From Candidatus Paracaedimonas acanthamoebae (GTDB lineage: Bacteria; Pseudomonadota; Alphaproteobacteria; Caedimonadales; Caedimonadaceae), in the NCBI GenBank assembly GCA_000743035.1, contig CP008936.1:1620001-1652000 (forward strand): a stretch of 32,000 bases of DNA. The letters are read 5' to 3'. Below the pieces are notes generated by a model, which worked only from the letters and a program-made list of their open reading frames with translations, did no database searches and was not told where the DNA came from. Made by a program: the position numbers and the translations under genes. Shown here piece by piece: positions 27,104 to 32,000 of this stretch (positions within the stretch are counted from its first letter, which is position 1; each line of letters starts with the position of its first letter).

Positions 27104-27428
27104 ATTATCGTCAGCTCCTCTTATTACATGAGAAGACAAGCACTATTTTAGGCAAATCGTGCTTTATTTTAAGAATATTCCAAGCTTATAAGGGGATTTC
27201 TGTTATTGCTTCTCAGGCGTGATCAAGTGCCGAACAATAGTAAGCTTGAAATGCGCGAGCTTGTGTTTTGCTTTCTTAAAGCATATCACGGCGTACTGAT
27301 CCTCATTTCCCATGGCGAAGTTTTCCTGGCTGAGATCGGTATGCGTTTCACATATCGAATTCATGATGGTTGTACAGGCCATCAACACGATTTATAGTGA
27401 ACTATAATAAGGGATAAAGGAAATTAAA

Positions 27429-28073
27429 GTGTTTAGTAATTATCGTGATTCGATCATTATCAAAGATCATCTTAAATGCCGCCATATTATTGCAGGAGAT
27501 TACTCTTACTATTCTGGCTATTATCATGGGAAGTCTTTTGAAGAGTGTGTCATGTATTTGGATGAGCTTGATAATCATCATGATCCTACGACAACAGATC
27601 GGCTCATTATGGGAAAGTTTTGCTCAATTGCCACAGGCGTTAAATTTATGATGGGAGGAACGCAAGGTCATAACTATGAGTGGATTGCAGCTTACCCTCT
27701 AGATTCTTTTGACGATGATTTTGATGGATATACGAATACGCCACCTAAAGCTCATAAATGCAAAGGAGATACAATCCTTGGAAATGATGTATGGATTGGC
27801 GCCGAAGCCATGATCATGCCTGGGGTTCATATTGAAGATGGAGCTGTTATTGCGGCACGCGCAGTGGTGACAAAGAAGGTTGGGCCCTATGAGATTTGAG
27901 GTGGAAATCCTGCTAAATTGATTAAAAAACGTTTCTCAGATGAGCACATTGATAAACTCTTACAGATAAAATGGTGGGATTGGGATTTAGAGATACTCAA
28001 GCGAAATCTCCCCTTACTGCGCGCGAAAGATGTGGATGTTTTGTGGAGTAAATTGAAGCAAGGAACCTTATAA
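27429..28073 (+). pseudogene. Vat/XAT-family (streptogramin A / xenobiotic) hexapeptide acetyltransferase interrupted by a single in-frame TGA
   Basis: GTG start with [67 protein letters not shown] and ..GPYEI match Vat proteins. After the TGA at 27897-27899 the same frame continues GGNPAKLIKKRFSDEHIDKLLQIKWWDWDLEILKRNLPLL...QGTL and ends at TAA 28071-28073. The total is 214 sense codons plus the internal TGA, within the normal Vat length range. Confidence 0.8.
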
Positions 28074-28636
28074 TGTTTCCCTTAAAATCCTTTTATTTTA
28101 TCCGCCATGGTGAGACAGAATGGAATAGGCAAGGGATGATTATGGGGCAAACGGATATTCCTTTAAATGCGACAGGGATCAAACAAGCTCACAAAGCAAA
28201 AGATATTTTAAGACAAGAAAATTTCTCAACGATTTATACAAGCCCTCTCCAGCGCGCTTATCAAACAGCTCAAATTCTGAATGATGGTTTAGAAAAAGCA
28301 GTTGTCACAGAGGATTTATTAAAGGAGCGTGGTTGGGGGAAGTTAGAAGGGATATCTCGTACAAGAGTTAAAGAACTAATGGATCAAAATACACCATCAG
28401 ATGCCGAGTCTTCTGTAAATTTTGAAGCCCGTATTTTAAAAGCAATTTGTCAGATCTTGAATACTTCTCATGTCACCCCTTTAATTGTTGCACATAGTGG
28501 CGTTTTTATGGCGCTTGCGAAGATGATGAAGTATTCATCCTTAAGAACATCAAACTGTATCCCCTTTTTATTTAAACCACCTGAGTGTAAAACCCATCCA
28601 TGGATTATTTGTAACTTGAGTGATTTGGAAAACTGA
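28073..28636 (+). CDS. histidine phosphatase (phosphoglycerate mutase-like) family protein
   Basis: 187-aa ORF with FIRHGETEWN (RHG catalytic His) and VAHSGVF (second His). Its ATG overlaps the TAA of the Vat frame (TAATG). Confidence 0.85.
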   Translation: MFPLKSFYFIRHGETEWNRQGMIMGQTDIPLNATGIKQAHKAKDILRQENFSTIYTSPLQRAYQTAQILNDGLEKAVVTEDLLKERGWGKLEGISRTRVKELMDQNTPSDAESSVNFEARILKAICQILNTSHVTPLIVAHSGVFMALAKMMKYSSLRTSNCIPFLFKPPECKTHPWIICNLSDLEN

Positions 28637-28700
28637 AATTGGATGGTAAGTAAAGCATATTGTAGCCTTTTAAAAACAATGCTAGAATTCAAAAAGAAAA

Positions 28701-29102
28701 GTGGGGGTAAATATACTATCTTTTAAAAACCTTCAGCAAGTATATGCCTTGTTCATATGTCTCATCTGTATGATTGTCCTCTTAATTTCTTCGGGGAATT
28801 TCTTAGATGAGCTTACACGCCTCACCTTGCCTGCTTATAGAAATGCAGCACATCTCATTCATTTTCAATCTAATGAAGCCTATTTAAAACATCTTTCTTC
28901 TAACCCCACGGAACGCGCGGAAGCAAAGCTTTTATCTGCTGAAGAACTTAAAGAAAAAAGAATTGAAGCCCGTCAGTATTTTTTAGATGTTGAGCGTTTC
29001 AAAGCTATTGAAAGCCTCATAAAAACAATTCAATGGGCCTTGGTCGCTTTTGTGTTTTTTCTTATTCATTGGCGATTGTACAAGAAATCTGGTTCTGTTT
29101 AA
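28701..29102 (+). CDS. hypothetical membrane protein with two predicted TM helices
   Basis: 133-aa ORF (GTG start) with hydrophobic segments YALFICLICMIVLLISS and WALVAFVFFLIHW flanking a charged helical middle. No family recognised; the start is uncertain. Confidence 0.45.
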   Translation: MGVNILSFKNLQQVYALFICLICMIVLLISSGNFLDELTRLTLPAYRNAAHLIHFQSNEAYLKHLSSNPTERAEAKLLSAEELKEKRIEARQYFLDVERFKAIESLIKTIQWALVAFVFFLIHWRLYKKSGSV

Positions 29103-29108
29103 TTGCAA

Positions 29109-29678
29109 ATGTCTCAAAAGTTCAAAGGTTGCGAGAGCGTTTTGAACATTGAAAATATTGTTCGTAAAATTAACCCATTAGATGACACAGAAGTACACCA
29201 TATTCATGAAACACTTTCTTGGATTCAAAGTGGGGCACCGATTTTTCGACTTCAAAAACCCGATATCCCCAATAAGCACCTTGTGTCTTATTTTGTGCCT
29301 TTTGATAAAAAGGCAAATAAGATTTTATTAACAGTTCATAAGAAATCTGGTCTTTGGTTACCACCAGGTGGGCACGTTGAACTTAACGAGGACCCTCGAG
29401 AAACCGTTAGAAGAGAATGCTTAGAAGAACTAGGATGTACAGCAGAATTTTGGCGTACAGAACCTTTATTTTTAACTTCAACACTAACTGTAGGTCCTAC
29501 AGCAGGGCATACAGATGTAAGTTTCTGGTACGTAATACAAGGTCATCAAGAGTATGCTTATCAATTTAATTTGGATGAATTTGAAGCTATTCGATGGTTT
29601 GGTTTTAATGAGATTCCTTATGAAAATTCAGACCCTCACATGGGTCGCTTTCTTAAAAAATTAGTGATTGAGCTATAA
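29109..29678 (+). CDS. Nudix hydrolase
   Basis: Complete Nudix box GHVELNEDPRETVRRECLEELGC (GX5EX7REUXEEXGU). The ATG at 29109 lies 2 codons inside the track ORF (TTG 29103) and 6 nt after the upstream stop. Confidence 0.85.
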   Translation: MSQKFKGCESVLNIENIVRKINPLDDTEVHHIHETLSWIQSGAPIFRLQKPDIPNKHLVSYFVPFDKKANKILLTVHKKSGLWLPPGGHVELNEDPRETVRRECLEELGCTAEFWRTEPLFLTSTLTVGPTAGHTDVSFWYVIQGHQEYAYQFNLDEFEAIRWFGFNEIPYENSDPHMGRFLKKLVIEL

Positions 29679-29696
29679 AACGGGTTGTTCAGTCTT

Positions 29697-31631
29697 CTAG
29701 TGCTTATCTTCATAAATATAATAGGGCACGTTGATAATAATGCGAGCTTGGTTACGTAAGCGCTCGTTCCAAGAAAGAGTACGCACAATGACTTCTGCTG
29801 TGCGGTTATGAAGTAAATTATGCCACCAACGTGCAGGAATAAATTCAGGTAGAATGAGAACGCAAGAGGTCCCATTTGCAGCATCTAAATAGTGGACATA
29901 ATCTATAATAGGTCGAATAATTGACCGATAAGGGGAGTTAAGCACAATGATATCAAGATCCCATTCCAGCGCCTCTAATTGCAATTTTGTTTGAGTCGTG
30001 TCATCGTGCTGAATATCCACAATAATAACTTTAACGTCTGTCGTCATTTGCCGTGCAAACCTTAATGCCTCAAGAGTTCCTTTGTGCACTCTCGAAACAG
30101 GAACAATCACAGTTGAAGCTTTAGAATGACTAAATTTTTTGTTGATATTTTTTTCTATTGTAATGTCGACTTTAAGTTGTTTTTCAATTTCATTATAATG
30201 TTTTTTCACGCTGTAACATAAACTCACAATTATAGGCACGACGATAACGGTCAAGAAAGCACCCTCAGAAAATTTGGCTTCAAAAGTTACAAGAAGCGCT
30301 ATCCCGGTTAAGCAGGCGCCAAATGTATTCAACATCATCTTGCAGCCAGTTGCGGACCAAAAAGATTGAGAGGTTTCTTTAAGATGCTGACGCCAATATT
30401 TAACCATTCCCAGTTGGCTTAATGTGAAGGCGCTAAAAACCCCAATTGCGTAAAGCGGAATTAAAGCATGGGTATCACCTCTAAAGATTAATATTAAAAG
30501 GCTGGCTAAAATAGCGAGCCATAAGATTCCTTTAGAAAAGACAAGGCGATCACCAATAGCTGAAAGTTGACGTGGTAGCCAGCCATCTTTTGCGAGGATA
30601 GCACTTAATTTAGGGAAACCCGCGAAGACAGTATTGGCTGCGAGAAATAAAACGGTTGCTGTTAAAATTTGAATGGCATGATAAAGAAGGCTATCTCCCC
30701 ATAGATTGCGGGTTAATTGGCTTAATAAGCTTTCTGAAAGCATGGGTTTTAGGTCAAGATTTTGAGAAATAATAGTAATGGATAGGAATGTACAGCCAAG
30801 AATGACACCAAGCGCTAAGAGAATTTGGCGGGCAACCATTGAGCTAGGGTTTGTCAGCATGTTACCTGCATTCGCAACAGCTTCAATCCCTGCCATGGCT
30901 GTGCAACCACCCGCAAAAGCTCGTAAGACAACAGCAAAGGTTGCTATATCCAAGAACACATCAAAAGATGAAAAAGCTTGTTTTTGAAAGGATATACCGG
31001 TCTTGAATAAACCATCAATGCATAAACAAATGATAAGGATGATAAAAGCACCTACGGGGAAAGCAACGGCATAGGCTGACTCACGAATCCCTCTTAAATT
31101 AATCCAGGTTAAGAGCCAAAGACCAGAAAAGCACAGAGATAGTTTAAAGTTAAGTAGGTATGGAAAAGCAGAGCAGATGGCTCGAATGCTCGCAGTCATA
31201 GAAACAGCTACTGTTAAAACATAATCAATCAGCAATGAAGAAGCTGCAACTAGAGCAAAGGGGATTCCCAAGTTGTTGCGCGCGACAATATATGCCCCTC
31301 CCCCTTCTGGATAAGCTTGAACCGTTTGTCGATAAGAGGCGATGAGAGAAGTCAAAACTATCACAATGGTAAAGGCAATTGGGATGGATAAAACTAAAAA
31401 GTGACTTCCAGCTAAAGAAAGTGCAATTAAAATTTCTTCTGTTGCATAAGCGATGGAAGAAAGAGCATCTACAGCCAAGAGAGGAAGGCCAAGAAAAAAA
31501 CCTAGCCGTTCTCGATGTTGAGCTGAACTTTTGAGAGGATGCCCAAGCAATAATGTGCGAAGACGAGTAATAGGATGAGTATGAGGTAAAACACGTTGAA
31601 AAGGAAAAGAGAGAATTTTCATTACGCTCAT
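29697..31631 (-). CDS. kimA: APC-superfamily permease with C-terminal cytoplasmic domain, KimA-like K+/H+ symporter
   Basis: 644-aa ORF. HPLKSSAQHRERL, AVDALSSIAYATEEIL, SYRQTVQAYPEGGGAYIV, NLRGIRESA and the C-terminal LPEFIPARWWHNLLHN closely parallel my recollection of B. subtilis KimA (SSDALSSVAYGTEQIL, SYRQ..YAYPQGGGAYIV, PQFITKKRWHTILHN). Confidence 0.7.
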   Translation of the reverse strand: MSVMKILSFPFQRVLPHTHPITRLRTLLLGHPLKSSAQHRERLGFFLGLPLLAVDALSSIAYATEEILIALSLAGSHFLVLSIPIAFTIVIVLTSLIASYRQTVQAYPEGGGAYIVARNNLGIPFALVAASSLLIDYVLTVAVSMTASIRAICSAFPYLLNFKLSLCFSGLWLLTWINLRGIRESAYAVAFPVGAFIILIICLCIDGLFKTGISFQKQAFSSFDVFLDIATFAVVLRAFAGGCTAMAGIEAVANAGNMLTNPSSMVARQILLALGVILGCTFLSITIISQNLDLKPMLSESLLSQLTRNLWGDSLLYHAIQILTATVLFLAANTVFAGFPKLSAILAKDGWLPRQLSAIGDRLVFSKGILWLAILASLLILIFRGDTHALIPLYAIGVFSAFTLSQLGMVKYWRQHLKETSQSFWSATGCKMMLNTFGACLTGIALLVTFEAKFSEGAFLTVIVVPIIVSLCYSVKKHYNEIEKQLKVDITIEKNINKKFSHSKASTVIVPVSRVHKGTLEALRFARQMTTDVKVIIVDIQHDDTTQTKLQLEALEWDLDIIVLNSPYRSIIRPIIDYVHYLDAANGTSCVLILPEFIPARWWHNLLHNRTAEVIVRTLSWNERLRNQARIIINVPYYIYEDKH

Positions 31632-31797
31632 ATTATATAGATTGTTTCAACTTTAAATCAAGCGTGCTAATGATGCAACAATAACGCTTTTTTATAGGTC
31701 ATCAGAAAACAATCATCTTGAGTTGAATTGAGATCTAAGACCAATTATTCTTCATTTAAGAATATAGCTAAAAATTTACTTTTAAAAGAGGTGTTTT

Positions 31798-32000
31798 ATG
31801 ATCTCGGTTAGCATCAATGATGGAAAATCTCTTTCGCCTGTGAGTGAAAATGAAAGCTCTCTTGAAAGCTCGTCCCTTGCAAACCATCTTCCTAAAAATA
31901 AGGTAGATCTTAATGAGCACCTCATCAAAAATCCGACAGCAACTTTTTTTCTTAGAGCTGCCAGTGATGCATTAAAAGGGGCCGGAGTTTTTAGGGGAGA
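31798..32000 (+). CDS. UmuD/LexA-like (peptidase S24 fold) protein, N-terminal 67 codons; runs off the right edge
   Basis: Own translation gives MISVSINDGKSLSPVSENESSLESSSLANHLPKNKVDLNEHLIKNPTATFFLRAASDALKGAGVFRG.. This aligns with E. coli UmuD [41 protein letters not shown] lies upstream. It is not in the ORF track because it is truncated. Confidence 0.65.
   Translation, partial: MISVSINDGKSLSPVSENESSLESSSLANHLPKNKVDLNEHLIKNPTATFFLRAASDALKGAGVFRG

Noticed and set aside
27138-27170. Terminator after the OMP gene (AAGCAC-N15-GTGCTT-TATTTT)
   Set aside because: The stem is only 6 bp with a large loop and an interrupted T tract, which is too weak to call as a feature.
27897-27899. Genome-wide TGA=Trp (genetic code 4) as the explanation for the in-frame TGA in the vat gene
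   Set aside because: rluC (stop 13805-13807), recO, waaA and the histidine phosphatase gene (stop 28634-28636) terminate at TGA at their expected family lengths, so TGA is a functional stop here.
31632-31797. ydaO/kimA c-di-AMP riboswitch upstream of the KimA-like gene
   Set aside because: The leader is short and AT-rich and lacks the GC-rich paired helices and conserved ACGGGG/CCC-type elements. This cannot be excluded formally without an Infernal scan.
31632-31797. SOS box upstream of the UmuD-like gene
   Set aside because: Neither the alphaproteobacterial GTTC-N7-GTTC/GAAC-N7-GAAC motif nor the E. coli-type CTGT-N8-ACAG motif is present. Only a weak ATTCTT-N5-AAGAAT inverted repeat is seen.
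1-32000. CRISPR arrays, IS elements/transposases, phage integrases, toxin-antitoxin pairs and known defence systems
   Set aside because: No regularly spaced repeats, no transposase or recombinase-like ORFs and no small adjacent ORF pairs with TA-like features were seen on either strand.

Overview
AT-rich bacterial chromosomal window. Gene content and synteny (msbA-DUF374-waaA-lpxK-lpxL operon, MJ0042-type zinc-ribbon protein, recO-parC) suggest an alphaproteobacterium. The pseudogenes and secreted coiled-coil proteins suggest it may be host-associated (Holosporales/Rickettsiales-like), but this is inference only. Positions 1-23.6 kb are mostly core genes: rpe, three tRNAs, a Bcr-type MFS pump, PldB-like lysophospholipase, aspartate aminotransferase, the lipid A/Kdo operon, an APH(6)-like kinase, rluC, parC, recO, a LysR regulator, sodB, bamE, gmhA-hldE, and a small-protein/DUF72/alternative-oxidase unit. 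Positions 23.9-29.7 kb are accessory. First, an orphan cluster of signal-peptide and coiled-coil proteins plus a beta-barrel OMP sits behind a near-consensus promoter carrying a tetO-like palindrome. Its first gene is split at an A8 tract: the -1 frame opens exactly at the tract, has no ATG, and one extra A gives a single 340-aa protein. Second comes a Vat/XAT acetyltransferase with one in-frame TGA, followed by a histidine phosphatase, a small membrane protein and a Nudix hydrolase. The window ends with a KimA-like K+ transporter and the start of a UmuD-like protein in which the catalytic Ser position is Ala. A CsaA/YgjH-like tRNA-binding gene at 2.5-2.9 kb is a pseudogene with two in-frame stops and is missed by the ORF track. 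No CRISPR array, IS element, integrase or recognisable defence system was seen. The 24.2-27.1 kb cluster is the best candidate for something undescribed, and its function is unknown.
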